From Tortispora ganteri (lineage: Eukaryota): DNA of 64,000 nt. Numbering within the stretch: the first letter of the stretch is position 1; each line of letters begins with the position of its first letter. The stretch is from NCBI GenBank assembly GCA_003707115.1, contig PPNB01000010.1, positions 62,001 through 126,000 on the forward strand, in the 5' to 3' direction. This document shows positions 40,789 to 52,941 of this stretch, piece after piece. The position numbers and the translations under genes were made by a program. The notes under the pieces are model-generated. The model was not told the DNA's origin. It ran no database searches and saw only the letters and a list, made by a program, of their open reading frames with translations.

Positions 40789-40922
40789 ATAGTTAAAAAG
40801 GACATCGATTTGATAATAATTAGCTTTTAAAAGCGATCTGAATTTGTAGTTGAATCTGGGAAGAAGGCCTCTTCGTAAAGCTTATATAATGTGTATGTTT
40901 TTTCTTCACATTACACTACCAA

Positions 40923-42098
40923 ATGACCGAAAAGCCGCAGAATCCAGCGCTTAAAGCGCTAGGTTTGCCTCGATTCAGGCTGCCAAGTCGAAACTGGTCT
41001 ATATTTTGGCTTGTCTTTGGCTCGATCTCTGGTGGAATCATTTATGATAGACGAGAAAAGAAACGGATACGCAACGAATGGTGCGAGAAGGTATCTTACA
41101 TCGCCAAGGAACCGCTATCGCCGCTCGCTATGCCACGTAAGGTGATAGTGTACATGGCACCACCACCTGGCGATCATATTGGAGTTACTGAAGAGCATTT
41201 CAGACACTACGTGAAACCAATACTGGTAGCGGGAGCCCTAGACTTCGAGGTCAAGAAGGGTATGGCGCAGGGCGAAATCCGTAATATGGTAGCAAACGAC
41301 ATACGTAATAAAAGGACCGGCAATATTGAAGGTCCAGATGAGCTTCTAAAACCACTTAATGAATTGCTAACTCGCGATTACACTGGTGGTGTTCTCTGTA
41401 TTGGACGTGGTGCCTATAGAGAGTATATTGATGGTGTGCACGAGGGATGGCTAGGCCCAACTGACAAGTCCCTGTATGAAGATCCAGAGACTAAAACTAT
41501 ACTGGCAGAAAATACTACTGAAACTACGACTACTGAGGTTCCTTCTGCTGTAACGACTGAAACAAGCAGTTCTGAGACTCCCATTGAGGTTGCTTCCAAT
41601 GTAACGACTGAAACAAGCAGTTCTGAGACCCCCACTGAGGTTGCTGCTGAGACTCCTGATACTCCTGTGGATGACACCGAAGTTAAAGAAAAGAAAGAAC
41701 CCAAAAAGGTGCCCAAGGCATGGATTCGTCCTGCAGACTACCACGAAGCCGAGATCGACCCCCGTATAAAGGATATGGTGCCTGACGCAGTTGCTTACAT
41801 TCCACAACAACACATCCTGGGATTCCGTAATACGCCTTTAAGGACCTATTGGTACTTTACACGGCGTCACCTCGCTGACAGGGTGGGCGAAGCCACAGCA
41901 GCTGCGGTTATCGGCACCACCAGAAGCTGGAGAGAGGAAGATGCCTTAAAAGGCATTGAAGAAGTCGCAAACTGGCCAACTAAGTGGAAACGAACAGCCG
42001 AGGAGAAAGGTAGTGAATGGATTCAGCCACTAGTTACCGATGCACGAGTGACTGAGCACCTGAAGGTTTATGAGATGCAGTCTAGAGATGAAAACTAG
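40923..42098 (+). CDS. TIM54: Mitochondrial TIM22 complex subunit Tim54
   Basis: NPALKALG.P...LPSRNW.IF...YDRREK, PPPGD, YVKPIL, GVHEGWLGP, LGFRNTP motifs. Confidence 0.92.
   Translation: MTEKPQNPALKALGLPRFRLPSRNWSIFWLVFGSISGGIIYDRREKKRIRNEWCEKVSYIAKEPLSPLAMPRKVIVYMAPPPGDHIGVTEEHFRHYVKPILVAGALDFEVKKGMAQGEIRNMVANDIRNKRTGNIEGPDELLKPLNELLTRDYTGGVLCIGRGAYREYIDGVHEGWLGPTDKSLYEDPETKTILAENTTETTTTEVPSAVTTETSSSETPIEVASNVTTETSSSETPTEVAAETPDTPVDDTEVKEKKEPKKVPKAWIRPADYHEAEIDPRIKDMVPDAVAYIPQQHILGFRNTPLRTYWYFTRRHLADRVGEATAAAVIGTTRSWREEDALKGIEEVANWPTKWKRTAEEKGSEWIQPLVTDARVTEHLKVYEMQSRDEN
41532..41646 (+). repeat. 51-bp (17-aa) intragenic tandem duplication in TIM54
   Basis: gtaacgactgaaacaagcagttctgagac occurs twice 51 bp apart (EVPSAVTTETSSSETPI / EVASNVTTETSSSETPT). 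Confidence 0.85.
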
Positions 42099-42140
42099 TT
42101 ACTAGCTGACAATGAGTATTCAATGTATATAGATCAAGAC

Positions 42141-43148
42141 TTAATCAAACAAGTATTTAAGATCCTCCTTACTGCTTTCATCAGCAAGTATTGATTCTTT
42201 AATTGTATCGGCCAACAGAGCCTCTTTGGCTTTCCATTCGGACCAGAGCTTGGATCTCACTTTAGCATATTCCGCGCTTAGATCGTTTAGTTTTTGATAG
42301 TGAGATTTTTCAGCCGCTTCTAGTTCTGCTTGTAGTGTGAAAAGCTCGCTGAGACTCATTTGATCAATTTCTTGTTCTGATGGAAGACTTAGTGATTCGT
42401 TAAAATGCTTTTGCGGGTTTGTAATGTATAAGGGGACTGTGGAAGATGGGACTGGCATTGAGAGCGATTCTTGGTTAGTGTGGGTAGTATCGATAGCAGG
42501 TGAAGTGAGCACATCGAGGTAACGCACTACAGGATCAGCAAATGGGTCATGCACTTTACCAAGGTTTTCTTCTGAGCGAACTTTCAGTTGGGCCTTGACG
42601 TACGGTAGCAGCTCGGCAGGCATGGCGATGGTAGAAGCATTTTTGTCGAGCATGGCTATGGAACTGACAATCTTACCTTCCTCGGTAATAGAAACAGGTG
42701 GTTTCTTACTGTTAGTGGCGTGCGGTTTGCGCGGTGGATCGCTTGGTCGTTGGTTATCTAGCTCATGAATCGTACGCAGATGTTTGGCGAGTGCGTCAGA
42801 CCTCGAAAAAGAGCGTGCGCATTCTGGTACGTGGCACTGGAAAGGTCGTTCGCCTGTATGCGATCTGAGATGAGTTACCAGCGCAAATCTGGCAGTCTGA
42901 AGCACGCCTCTTCTATTGCAAGAGCGCCACAGACATTCTAAGACCGTCAATTTAGAGATACTATGGTCTTCAGCGACGTGATGAACCAGGTCATCCCCAG
43001 AAGAAAAGACTTTAGTGCATCTGTCCCATTCGCACGGATATGATTCGGCAAAGGAGTCGTCAGAATCAGAATCCCCCGGAATATCGGAGTCTGAGTCTGA
43101 TGAAACGTCTGTGAAATCATCTACGGGGTTGTAGTCTGGTTCGTCCAT
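42141..43148 (-). CDS. Three-finger C2H2 zinc-finger protein (possibly INO80 subunit Iec1-like)
   Basis: CEWDRC, CLWRSC...[38 protein letters not shown]-terminal coiled coil. Likely ATG at 43148. Confidence 0.75.
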   Translation of the reverse strand: MDEPDYNPVDDFTDVSSDSDSDIPGDSDSDDSFAESYPCEWDRCTKVFSSGDDLVHHVAEDHSISKLTVLECLWRSCNRRGVLQTARFALVTHLRSHTGERPFQCHVPECARSFSRSDALAKHLRTIHELDNQRPSDPPRKPHATNSKKPPVSITEEGKIVSSIAMLDKNASTIAMPAELLPYVKAQLKVRSEENLGKVHDPFADPVVRYLDVLTSPAIDTTHTNQESLSMPVPSSTVPLYITNPQKHFNESLSLPSEQEIDQMSLSELFTLQAELEAAEKSHYQKLNDLSAEYAKVRSKLWSEWKAKEALLADTIKESILADESSKEDLKYLFD

Positions 43149-43852
43149 GTGGTTGGTTGGTAGGTGGGAAGGTGCACATAAAGGTGGATGTATAAAAATG
43201 CAGTGATCAACCATGCGATCGTCATGTAGCGGCAACTGCCAAGATCATGCTACAACGCTTAAACCACGTTGAATAGTAAAGCTGACTACACAGTGAGGTA
43301 TGGGGCTCACTTTAATAGGTTACTGTGGATGCACCCAAGGCTGCGACAAGAGTACATCTAATTGATCAGTTGTTGCAGTGTTTTGAGTGAATGTCACTAC
43401 AGGGATGTATGGTGGAATTATTGCGTTATTGTGCGATAATACCACTTGTGGAACGCTACTTAAAGCTCTCTGGGCTAACAGGTTCTTTGTCAAGAGGTCT
43501 GGTCATATAGGACCGCAGTGCCCACAATCCGTAGTAGGTGACGCCAACGATCGAGAGCGACTTGGCTAAAGGCTTACCAAATTTCACATAAAAATCGGAC
43601 TCCTGTTAGATAGAAATTAAATATAATAGATAAATAAATACGTACATGTCTTTTCATTTCAGGAAGAAGCAGTATGGCGGAAGGAAAGGAGGTAGCGCAA
43701 ATAGCGAGCAAGAGCAGAGGGAGTGCACCTGCAGGTGACTAACTGAAATGACCTCCACACCTCCCTCCCACCAAGTATTCATTCAACCACCCCATATTGT
43801 ATAACTGGTGCGAGAGGCGGCGAAAGGTGCATTTGAATTCAGCAAATAACAC

Positions 43853-44311
43853 TTAGAAGAGCTGCTGCGCGGCAGTACGAGCGAGATTTTTAGATCCAAG
43901 GATCTCTGATCCCTTGAACTCCTGACTCGAGAAGGCAGCTAGTGCGTAGAATATAGCATTGATCGTTAAGAATACAGCAGGTACAAGTAACGAAGTCACT
44001 TCAATTATGAGGGACAAGTACATACTAGCGGCCATTATAGCATAGAATCCGGCACGTGGCCAGTTTGAAGCGAAATGTTGCAGAAAATTGACGAACCGTT
44101 CGCTTAAGGGACATATCTTGAGAAAGAAAGGAATCTCAACAAAGAAGATGACAAAACCTTCGACAATGCAGATAATCGCGAATATGATGACCAGGCCAAA
44201 ATGAAATATATTTGCAATTCCAAGTGCCCAGCATATAATTACACATAATAGACCTGTCCATTGTCCATAGATGGAGAAATTCTTTGATTTGAGCTCGTCT
44301 ATCACCGTCAT
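43853..44311 (-). CDS. TVP18: Golgi membrane protein Tvp18
   Basis: ELKSKNFSIYGQW, ALGIANIF, FVEIPF.LKICP; four TM segments. ATG at 44311. Confidence 0.92.
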   Translation of the reverse strand: MTVIDELKSKNFSIYGQWTGLLCVIICWALGIANIFHFGLVIIFAIICIVEGFVIFFVEIPFFLKICPLSERFVNFLQHFASNWPRAGFYAIMAASMYLSLIIEVTSLLVPAVFLTINAIFYALAAFSSQEFKGSEILGSKNLARTAAQQLF

Positions 44312-45709
44312 TGTTGTTGTCAAGTAAGAGGTTGCATTACTATGTGGGGGGCAAGCCACTACATATACTCTTTCATATGCTACACTATACAACTACACAG
44401 CCACCCGCAAAAATAAATAATAATATCGTGTATACTCTAATTACGCAATCGCATCAGCTAATATTCATAATCATTAACTCATATAATGTAGGTAAATAAG
44501 GAATGACATCATCTGCAATTGTTTCTTTTTTTTTCAAAACGAAGAAAAGAAAGAACACAATTTTCATCTAACTGTGAACGTACCTAATCCGCCGTTGCTT
44601 CCCATAGTAACCAATCTTTCTCCCTCTTCCACATCCTGCCAGGCTATTAAATGGACGGCATTTTGATCACAGAAATTGTGATTAAATTATCGATCTCATT
44701 TGCGGTCCTTGCTTCATTGCCCTGGCTGCTGCCTGTCATATTTGATATCCTACTTTATATACTGCGGCTGTTACGTATACGCATTTAATAACTGCAATCA
44801 GGTCAACTTCGCTGAGCCTATCGATCAAATCGCTCATACTCTGCACAGTTTTGCAAAACTTCGCGAAACCTAACAGCAACTGCGATCCAAATCGATAGCT
44901 AATATCTGCGAATTGACATTTCCTTATGGTGCTCTAAGACATTGATACACTAATTTTCCTGACCCTGCCACCCTTTGTTTTCCCCTATCTGACGTGTGTA
45001 AGTCTCAAACGCGCACATTGCCTTATTCCATACCCGTGCTTTACACGTTAGCTACTAAGCTTTAGCTATGTTTCTCCACCAGCAAAACGCGATCTGACTT
45101 TAGCCTGTTTGGCCCTCCGCTTTTTTCCTCTGATGTGCCCCTATCTTCAGATTTCTTGGTCTTTAAGGTTTCACGTTTAGGGCACATACTTCCTCTTTTG
45201 GTGATTCGGCCTGTTCTCTCCGTGGGTATGTCTGCTCGCTGCTGCTGCTTTCGTTTCGACCAAGAAAGGACCCCGCACATCGCACTTCTTGACTGAAAAT
45301 CTGCAATCTGCATGTCTTAACGTATTCAGGTTTTCTTTTTTTTTTCTCTTCAACATTGACTTCGCTTTCTCCAGCATATATCCCGTTTATCATGATATAT
45401 TTCGACTTACCAGTTTGTAAATTTCTCCGGTCTACCGGTCACCAGAGCTTGTAAGCCGCCGAACAACCAATCACATTATGTCGGATGACATTTAACCTTC
45501 GTACTCCCCCAGGTTTCCACAAAAAGCCTATTTATATAGTAGCTAATTGGTGGTTCTTCTTCAATTGAATTATCCTGTTTTTCCTGGAGTTCCTCGGGTT
45601 GCGCGTTAACTTAACCATATCCTCTCTGTATTAGTGAATTCCCCACTTTGCAGCTGCCACTAACTATATAAATTGCCATAACATATATCGTTTTTATTGC
45701 TTCATAACA

Positions 45710-47287
45710 ATGACAGTATCATCTAAGCTCGCATCCCGTATCAGGCTCCCCAGCATCATGAGCAAGGTCATGCCCGCAGAAGCTACGGTCCCTTTCTTCA
45801 AGAACGGTGACTATGTAGGATGGTCTGGGTTCACAGCTGTCGGTTCGCCTAAAGTTGTGCCGAAAGCTATCGCGAAGCATGTCCGCGATAACAACCTGCA
45901 AGGTCAAATGCGTTTCGAACTCTACGTTGGCGCGTCAGCCACCGCACCCATCGAGGACGAGTGGGCTGAGCTTGACATGATCCACCGCCGATCTCCACAT
46001 CAGGTCGCACGCCAGGTCAACAAGAATATTAACAATGGCAAAACCCTTTTTTTCGACAAACATCTCTCTATGTGGTCTCAGGATCTCAGCTACGGCTTTT
46101 ACACGCTCAACCGTCCTGACGGCCGAAATGTCATTGACACCGCTATCATCGAAGCCACTGCCATCACTGAAGACGGACAGCTCATTCCCGGTGCCTCCGT
46201 GGGTGCGAGCCCTGAGCTCATGGAAATGGCCGACAAAATTATAATCGAAGTGAACACTGCTATCCCTTCGCTTGAAGGCCTTCACGACATCTACGACATC
46301 GGACTGCCTCCGCACAGAAAGCCGATCCCTATCACCTCCGTTGAGCAGCGCATCGGCTCAATCGGTATTCCCTTCGACCCCAGCAAAGTTGTGGCTATCG
46401 TTGAAAGCAATATTCCTGACATCACTGGTTCTGTCGCTGAACCGGATGAGGTCTCAAAAGGTATTGCTAGCAACCTGATCGAGTTCCTTCGTCACGAGGT
46501 TAAGCATGGACGTCTTCCTGAGAACTTGCTCCCGCTGCAATCTGGAATTGGAAACATCGCTAACGCTGTAATTGCCGGTCTCAGCGAGGCCAGCTTCAAG
46601 GACTTGACTGTGTGGACAGAGGTTCTCCAGGACTCGTTCTTAGACTTCTTTGACTCTGGATCCTTGAACTTCGCTTCCGCAACTTCGATTCGTCTCTCTG
46701 ATGAATGCTTCGAGCGCTTCTTCAAGGGATGGGAAGACTACCACAAGAAGATCATTCTGCGTTCTCAACAGATGTCCAACAACCCGGAAATCATTCGTCG
46801 CCTCGGTTGTATAGCCATGAATACCCCCGTGGAGGTCGATATCTACGCACACGCTAACTCCACTAATGTCATGGGCAGCCGCATGTTGAATGGTCTTGGT
46901 GGATCCGGAGACTTCTTGCGCAACTCCAAGTATTCTATCATGCACACTCCCTCCTACCGCCCATCCAAGACTGACCCGTATGGCATTTCTTGCATTGTCC
47001 CCTTCTCAAGTCACATTGACCAGACAGAGCACGATCTCGACGTTGTCGTTACCGAGCAGGGTCTAGCTGACGTACGTGGTCTTGCTCCTCGTGAACGTTC
47101 TCGCAAGATTATTGACAACTGCGCCCACCCCGAGTACCGTCCGATTTTACATGAGTACGTCGATAGAGCCGAGTCGTACTGCCAAAAACGTGGCATGCTC
47201 CATGAACCCCACATCATTCGTGACGCTTTCAAGATGCACGTTAACCTCGAGGATAACGGCACTATGCGTATCAAGTCTTGGGATTAA
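45710..47287 (+). CDS. ACH1: Acetyl-CoA hydrolase / CoA-transferase
   Basis: [51 protein letters not shown]; strong C/T-ending codon bias suggests high expression. Confidence 0.96.
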   Translation: MTVSSKLASRIRLPSIMSKVMPAEATVPFFKNGDYVGWSGFTAVGSPKVVPKAIAKHVRDNNLQGQMRFELYVGASATAPIEDEWAELDMIHRRSPHQVARQVNKNINNGKTLFFDKHLSMWSQDLSYGFYTLNRPDGRNVIDTAIIEATAITEDGQLIPGASVGASPELMEMADKIIIEVNTAIPSLEGLHDIYDIGLPPHRKPIPITSVEQRIGSIGIPFDPSKVVAIVESNIPDITGSVAEPDEVSKGIASNLIEFLRHEVKHGRLPENLLPLQSGIGNIANAVIAGLSEASFKDLTVWTEVLQDSFLDFFDSGSLNFASATSIRLSDECFERFFKGWEDYHKKIILRSQQMSNNPEIIRRLGCIAMNTPVEVDIYAHANSTNVMGSRMLNGLGGSGDFLRNSKYSIMHTPSYRPSKTDPYGISCIVPFSSHIDQTEHDLDVVVTEQGLADVRGLAPRERSRKIIDNCAHPEYRPILHEYVDRAESYCQKRGMLHEPHIIRDAFKMHVNLEDNGTMRIKSWD

Positions 47288-47394
47288 ATGCTTTTATGTA
47301 TTTCTCCTTTTTATTATAGTTCACCACGTATTACTCTACTCTGTAACCTCCTTAACTCTAAACCACCCCCACTCACTTACACTGCCTACGTCCA

Positions 47395-48450
47395 ATGATA
47401 CTGCATGCATTAGTGGCGCTGGCCGTCATCGGGCTCATCCTTTTCCGCAGATGGCGTGCCGTCTCTCCGTGGTCGGGAAAACATCGCAGGATTGTTTTTA
47501 ATGATAAAGAGGTCGTCATGGTAGAACCTTCTATCACAGCCGTGAATATCGATCGCACGGCTCTACCTGATCCGCTAGCCTTACGACCATACCGGCCAGG
47601 CAAATTCACTATGACTATGGGAATCTCAAAGCTTGACCCTCAGGAATGGCTGCTGATTGAAAAGGGCTACGAGACAATAGTCGCCACTAGGGCCAAGATC
47701 ATGGAGAACCACCGAGATCACTGCATCTTACTCACCAAAGGGATCGACCTCGCCGTTGCTGAAGTCTACCAGCGAATCACTTTGTACATCACGCTAAAGT
47801 ACCCGAATTGCTTTAACTTGCATGGTTCTAAATTTACCAACAAGTTGACAGGTCAAACATACGCTCCTGTCACCACAGAACAGCAACTGGAAGTACTGTG
47901 TTGCAATATTGAGGAAGATGTGCTAGTACTGCTACCCACTGACGGTAAGTACGTACTGCGTGCGGCATCTGTAGCTTTCCCTGCTGGGTTTGATCCAGCA
48001 ATCAAACTCGGCAAATTTTTAGCGGATATCCACAAGCCCGTGCCGCACTACAAAGAACGTCTCGAGTTCAGCATGGACAAGTTCTTTGCGCGAATGAAAC
48101 CTGGAGAGTACGTAGTTCGCGCTAACTGGTCCGTGCAAGCGCATACAAATAGGTACGCTGTTTCTGAAAACCACTCCTACGATGATACAGAGCCTGAGCC
48201 TTTAAAGTACGCAGATATGAATTTCGACGAGGTGTTTCTCCGAGTGGAAAGACAAGTACTCACTCGCATCCCTAAAACAATGGCGCTCGTTTTTACTATA
48301 AGAACTTACCTAACTCCTTTGAGTCAGATAAAGAAAGAAGGCAAAGGGGAAGACCTCGCGCAAGCGATAGAAGGTCTAGACGACAGAATGAGTATCTACA
48401 AGAACGCAAGGCTATGGGGTCCTGCAGTAAAGCAGTTCTTAAGAGAGTAG
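47395..48450 (+). CDS. DUF3445 / heme-dependent oxidative N-demethylase alpha-subunit-like protein
   Basis: RPYRP..F.MTMG, EED, FPAGF, IHKPVPHY, RANWSVQ, FLRVERQ.L.R.P and FTIRTY motifs; N-terminal TM segment. Confidence 0.8.
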   Translation: MILHALVALAVIGLILFRRWRAVSPWSGKHRRIVFNDKEVVMVEPSITAVNIDRTALPDPLALRPYRPGKFTMTMGISKLDPQEWLLIEKGYETIVATRAKIMENHRDHCILLTKGIDLAVAEVYQRITLYITLKYPNCFNLHGSKFTNKLTGQTYAPVTTEQQLEVLCCNIEEDVLVLLPTDGKYVLRAASVAFPAGFDPAIKLGKFLADIHKPVPHYKERLEFSMDKFFARMKPGEYVVRANWSVQAHTNRYAVSENHSYDDTEPEPLKYADMNFDEVFLRVERQVLTRIPKTMALVFTIRTYLTPLSQIKKEGKGEDLAQAIEGLDDRMSIYKNARLWGPAVKQFLRE

Positions 48451-48471
48451 GTTGCATCGTTTGTACAAGAC

Positions 48472-49578
48472 TTATTTGGCAATGCGCTGGGCGACCTTGA
48501 TAGCATCAGCAAGGACTCCCATAGCAGTAACCTCCGCACCAGCTCCTGCACCTTGCACAATAAGTGGCAGATTGCCGTACCTTTCAGTGTATATAGCGAC
48601 AACGTTGTCGGCTCCCTGCAAGGCGGCAAAAGGGTGAGAAGCAGGGTAGGCCTCAATTCCTACCGATACAGCTTTGCTGATATCGGTAGTCTCAGATGAG
48701 GAATCAATTTCTACTTTCCCGACGTATCGCAACACTTTGTCTTCCTTTGCAGCGGCTGCGCGAAGAGCGTCCATATCAGAATCATAGTCAGGTAACTTGG
48801 CCATGAAAGTATCAGCGGTAATACCTTCGATTTCCAAGGGGGCGGGGATGAGTGACTTAATAGGGAAGGCAGATGGAGACTCTATTTTCAATCCAGCTAG
48901 ACGGCCTAATATAGTAAGCTTTCTAGCGACGTCCATTCCGTTGAGATCATCGCGAGGGTCAGGCTCAGTGAAACCTTTATCCTTGGCGATAGTAACGATA
49001 GAGCTGAATTTCGCTGAAGAGTCTGAGCCAAACTCATTGAAAATATATGATAGCGTGCCTGAGAATATGCCTTCGATTTTGCGTATTTTGTCGCCTGTAA
49101 TAGTAAGATCCTTGACGGTAGAGATGACAGGCAGTCCAGCACCCACAGTAGCTTCATGATACACCAACGACTTTCCTTTGGCTGCGCTCGCAAAAATATC
49201 AGTCCAAAGTTTGTAATCAGAGGAGAAGCCTTTCTTGTTAGGAGTAGCGATAGAAATTCCATTAGCAAGAAATTGAGGATACGCTTTAGCTAAAACTTCA
49301 TCTGAGGTGTTGTCGACAAGGATAGCAGGAGCAGCAGCGCTCAAAAGTGACGCTAGCGAAGAAGGATTCTTTGCCAAGTCAGATGCTGGTAGATTTTCGG
49401 CCAGTTCTAGCAATTTGTCGATCGGAAGAGGACTAAAATCTTTATTATAAATGGCTCCGGATGATCGCGCAAGGAAGATGACATTAAAGGTGATATCGGT
49501 GTTCAATGCTTGCAGCTGACGCACAAAGGCTTTGCCTACAAGACCTACACCTACAATTGCAACATTCACGGAGGTCAT
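48472..49578 (-). CDS. HOM6: Homoserine dehydrogenase
   Basis: GVGLVG, ATPNKK, HEATVGAGLP, GIFSGTLSY, TEPDPRDDLNGMDVARK, GAGAGAEVTA. ATG at 49578. Confidence 0.96.
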   Translation of the reverse strand: MTSVNVAIVGVGLVGKAFVRQLQALNTDITFNVIFLARSSGAIYNKDFSPLPIDKLLELAENLPASDLAKNPSSLASLLSAAAPAILVDNTSDEVLAKAYPQFLANGISIATPNKKGFSSDYKLWTDIFASAAKGKSLVYHEATVGAGLPVISTVKDLTITGDKIRKIEGIFSGTLSYIFNEFGSDSSAKFSSIVTIAKDKGFTEPDPRDDLNGMDVARKLTILGRLAGLKIESPSAFPIKSLIPAPLEIEGITADTFMAKLPDYDSDMDALRAAAAKEDKVLRYVGKVEIDSSSETTDISKAVSVGIEAYPASHPFAALQGADNVVAIYTERYGNLPLIVQGAGAGAEVTAMGVLADAIKVAQRIAK

Positions 49579-49765
49579 TTCTGCGTTCAAAAAGAGTCAG
49601 AATCAAGAATATAAGAGAACGGTAGAGAAGATTCTGTCGTGCTCTCGACGGTTACCATTGCAAAAGTTCGTGCAAGTTACCCGGCTTTGAGTCTTAGAAT
49701 TAGTTTGATCTTGATCGCAGACATAACTTAGCAAACTACATCAATGAGATTATGATATTATTAAA

Positions 49766-49772
49766 TGAGTCA
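49766..49772. promoter_or_regulatory. Gcn4/AP-1 type site TGAGTCA upstream of HOM6
   Basis: Perfect TGAGTCA ~190 bp upstream of the HOM6 ATG, with near-matches close by; fits general amino-acid control. Confidence 0.55.
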
Positions 49773-50618
49773 CTTGGATAGATGTATTTTGTAGTGTTAA
49801 ATGCTGATGTTCAGGAAGACAGTGCATACTGCTGAGAAGAGGTCTGAATTGAAATAATGGTTGTATTATATAGTACAATAGAATGTCATGTCGTTTTGCA
49901 TCCATATATCTTTCAATAGCTTAAGCTGATTCCATACTTCCTGAAGTATTTTCAATTAGAATAATACGTCGTCAAGAAAGCTGCCCCTGGAGTCACTACC
50001 AAGTATCAGCTTGTGGAAGTCCAATTTGCTCAAGAATTCTAGCTTTATGGAGACTACATTGTCTATAATGTGACTCGATTTATGCACAACTAAGACTTAA
50101 TTCAGACTCGATATCTACTTATCTACAACTTTTGATACTAATTAGGCGGCATTGGAGCTATAGAATTGTAAACGGTATAGCTGCCCCTAGTTTGTTAAGG
50201 TCAGCGCAAAAGTATAATTTGTTTGCCATCAGTTCTAAGCCTACCGCGTCCAGCGAAGTGCGCTGACACACTAGCTTTATGTGGCAGAAACTGCACAGAA
50301 ATAGATTTTCTTAAATAAAGAAAACCCGCATCAGCTATTCCCCAGTACGGTTCCAATGATCAAAGAAACACGCGTTTATTAAAATTATATACCTCACTTG
50401 TCGGATTTAGCCAACCAACACAAGGCTTGGCTAACTAAGGGGGGGTGTCCCTTTAATCCCACGGTCTCGCTTGACAACAACCCAACAGCCCACGCTTTTT
50501 TCGTTACGTGATTTCAACTATATAACTCTACAGAATTCAGCAATCATAATCTACTGAATAACCTTGTAAAAAGAACCGTTGTCTTTCGTTTTCCTTAAGA
50601 AAAATAATTCAGCTAACC

Positions 50619-51977
50619 ATGTCTCGCCCGCAAAATATCGGCATCCACGCTATCGAGGTCTACTTCCCCTCACGATACGTTGACCAAAACGAGCTCGAAA
50701 AGTTTGACAACATCCCTACTGGCAAGTATACAATCGGACTCGGCCAGAAGAAAATGGCATTTGTCGACGATCGCGAAGATATTTACTCCTTGACTCTGAC
50801 TGTCGTTAGTAACCTTTTTCGTAACTACAATATTGACCCCAACTCCATTGGTCGTCTCGAGGTAGGAACTGAAACCGTTATCGACAAAGCCAAATCTGTC
50901 AAATCCGTATTGATGCAGTTAATGGGCGATAACACTGACGTAGAGGGTATTGACAACCTCAACGCGTGTTACGGTGGCTTTGCCGCTTTCTTAAACTCCA
51001 TCGCCTGGATCGAATCTTCGGCCTGGGACGGCCGATATGCGCTCGTCGTCTCTGGCGATATCGCCCTCTACGCGAAGTCTGCTGCTCGCCCTACTGGCGG
51101 TGCTGGCGCCGTTGCAATGCTTATTGGCCCCAATGCTCCTATCGTTGTCGAGCCTATTCGGGGCTCCCACATGGAGCATGCCTACGACTTCTACAAAGCG
51201 GATCTAAACTCTGAGTATCCTATCGTTGACGGTAAGTACTCGCTCACTTGCTACACTAAGTCTCTTGACAATGCTTACAACGCATTTGTACGCAAGCTTG
51301 CCAAATCTCGTGAGCAACTCAACGGTTCCGCAGACCCGCTCCCTGAGCTTGGAATTGACTTCTTCGACTACACTATCTTCCACGCACCAAACTGCAAGTT
51401 GGTCACTAAATGTTACGCGCGTCTTTTGTATAATGATTACCTGCGAAATCCAGACCACCCTGAGTTTGCTTCTGTCCCTACCGAATACAAGGACATGGAC
51501 CAGGAGGCTTCCCTCGTGGACAGGAACGTCGAAAAGACATTCATGGCGCTGGCCAAAGAGAGATCTGCCAAACGTCTGACTCCTTCCCTGTTTTTGCCCT
51601 CGAACTCTGGAAACATGTATACGGCAACCGTATTTGGTGCTCTCTGCTCCCTTTTGAGTCAAGTTCCTGCTGACCAGTTATTGGGCAAGCGCGTCGGAGG
51701 ATTCTCCTATGGCTCTGGCCTCGCTTCTACCTTCTTCTCGTTGGTAGTCAAGGGCGACGTTTCTGAGATTCAAAAAACACTTAACTTAGAGGCAAGACTC
51801 GAATCCCGCAAATCTGCTTCCCCGGAGGAATACGAAAAAGCTGTCGATTACCGTGAAGCTGTTCATGCTGCTAAAAGCTACACGCCTTCTGGTGACATTG
51901 ATAGTCTGTTCCCCAACACCTATTATCTTACTGCCATCGACGATCTCTATAGACGAAGCTACGCCATCAAAGAATAA
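50619..51977 (+). CDS. ERG13: Hydroxymethylglutaryl-CoA synthase
   Basis: [24 protein letters not shown] catalytic motif, GNMYTA, FSYGSG. Confidence 0.97.
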   Translation: MSRPQNIGIHAIEVYFPSRYVDQNELEKFDNIPTGKYTIGLGQKKMAFVDDREDIYSLTLTVVSNLFRNYNIDPNSIGRLEVGTETVIDKAKSVKSVLMQLMGDNTDVEGIDNLNACYGGFAAFLNSIAWIESSAWDGRYALVVSGDIALYAKSAARPTGGAGAVAMLIGPNAPIVVEPIRGSHMEHAYDFYKADLNSEYPIVDGKYSLTCYTKSLDNAYNAFVRKLAKSREQLNGSADPLPELGIDFFDYTIFHAPNCKLVTKCYARLLYNDYLRNPDHPEFASVPTEYKDMDQEASLVDRNVEKTFMALAKERSAKRLTPSLFLPSNSGNMYTATVFGALCSLLSQVPADQLLGKRVGGFSYGSGLASTFFSLVVKGDVSEIQKTLNLEARLESRKSASPEEYEKAVDYREAVHAAKSYTPSGDIDSLFPNTYYLTAIDDLYRRSYAIKE

Positions 51978-52137
51978 ACTAACTGATTGATGTTAATTCC
52001 TGATCTTTGGCGTTTTTTCCGCGATAATAATACTTTAGTAATATCAATGAGCTGTATACGTGCGTCGAACACACCTTGCTATTGTCCCAAAGGTTCACCA
52101 TCTGTAAACAAAGTCTCTTTACTGTACGGGCCCCACA

Positions 52138-52941
52138 ATGGAATCAGCAAACAATGCCCAAAAACGCGATATAAAAACGCGAATAGCGCGTTATAATGCC
52201 CTGCGTAATGCTACAGCTATAACTAACAACTTAGCCACATCGACCCAGCGAGATATCTTGTCCAGATTGATTGATCACAACATACAAAGCACCTGTGTCC
52301 CTTCACACAACCTAACTGCCGCTAAACAACTACATTCTACTCCTCTAGAAATAAATCGCCCTATGAAGATTAATTTTGACCCAGATTCACCGCGGAGGAT
52401 CCTAAAAGAGATATCACTGTTATCTAGACCTACAGATGAGCCTGGCGCAACCAACTCGACAACCGCAACGAGCATCGGCCCAGAAACACCAGTACGCTCT
52501 GCTCCGTACTCTCCGTCTAGCGTCTTGAAACATGACTCTAATATTAAGTACTTCAGCACCAACTCACAGCAAATGTCCTCGCAAATGTCTCCTCCTGGTG
52601 AGGGTCTCACTTCTCTGCCCTCTTCTTCCAGTGCACAACCTGATCGTTCGTTTACAGAACTATCTGACCTGATACATACCATGGAAATGCGTCTAGACGA
52701 TGTCATTCGATCCGTTACAAAAATTGAAGCTGATATAGCAACTACTGCGGACATTGCCAGAACTGCCTTGAATCAGTCCCGTTCAGTACCCCAATCCAAA
52801 TTACATTCCCAATTCAAACCCGCTTTTTCAACAATCGTTTTTTTCACAACTCTTTTAGGCGTTATCATAGCTTTACTGACCGCCTGGTTCGCTCTACTAG
52901 CTACGTTCCCAAGGATAAGGAGCGAATACAGGTATGAATGA
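52138..52941 (+). CDS. Hypothetical tail-anchored protein (S/P-rich, coiled coil, C-terminal TM)
   Basis: 267-aa ATG-initiated ORF with a coiled-coil segment and one hydrophobic C-terminal helix; no family recognised. Confidence 0.55.
   Translation: MESANNAQKRDIKTRIARYNALRNATAITNNLATSTQRDILSRLIDHNIQSTCVPSHNLTAAKQLHSTPLEINRPMKINFDPDSPRRILKEISLLSRPTDEPGATNSTTATSIGPETPVRSAPYSPSSVLKHDSNIKYFSTNSQQMSSQMSPPGEGLTSLPSSSSAQPDRSFTELSDLIHTMEMRLDDVIRSVTKIEADIATTADIARTALNQSRSVPQSKLHSQFKPAFSTIVFFTTLLGVIIALLTAWFALLATFPRIRSEYRYE

Noticed and set aside
43387..43569. 60-aa ORF with MYGGIIALLCDN, faintly like the hotdog-thioesterase HGG motif, plus intron-like signals
   Set aside because: The similarity is too short, and no consistent spliced model could be built.
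45226..45329. GTATGT...CTTAAC...CAG possible 5' UTR intron upstream of ACH1
   Set aside because: A TATA-like element near 45530 suggests transcription starts downstream of it; unsupported without RNA data.
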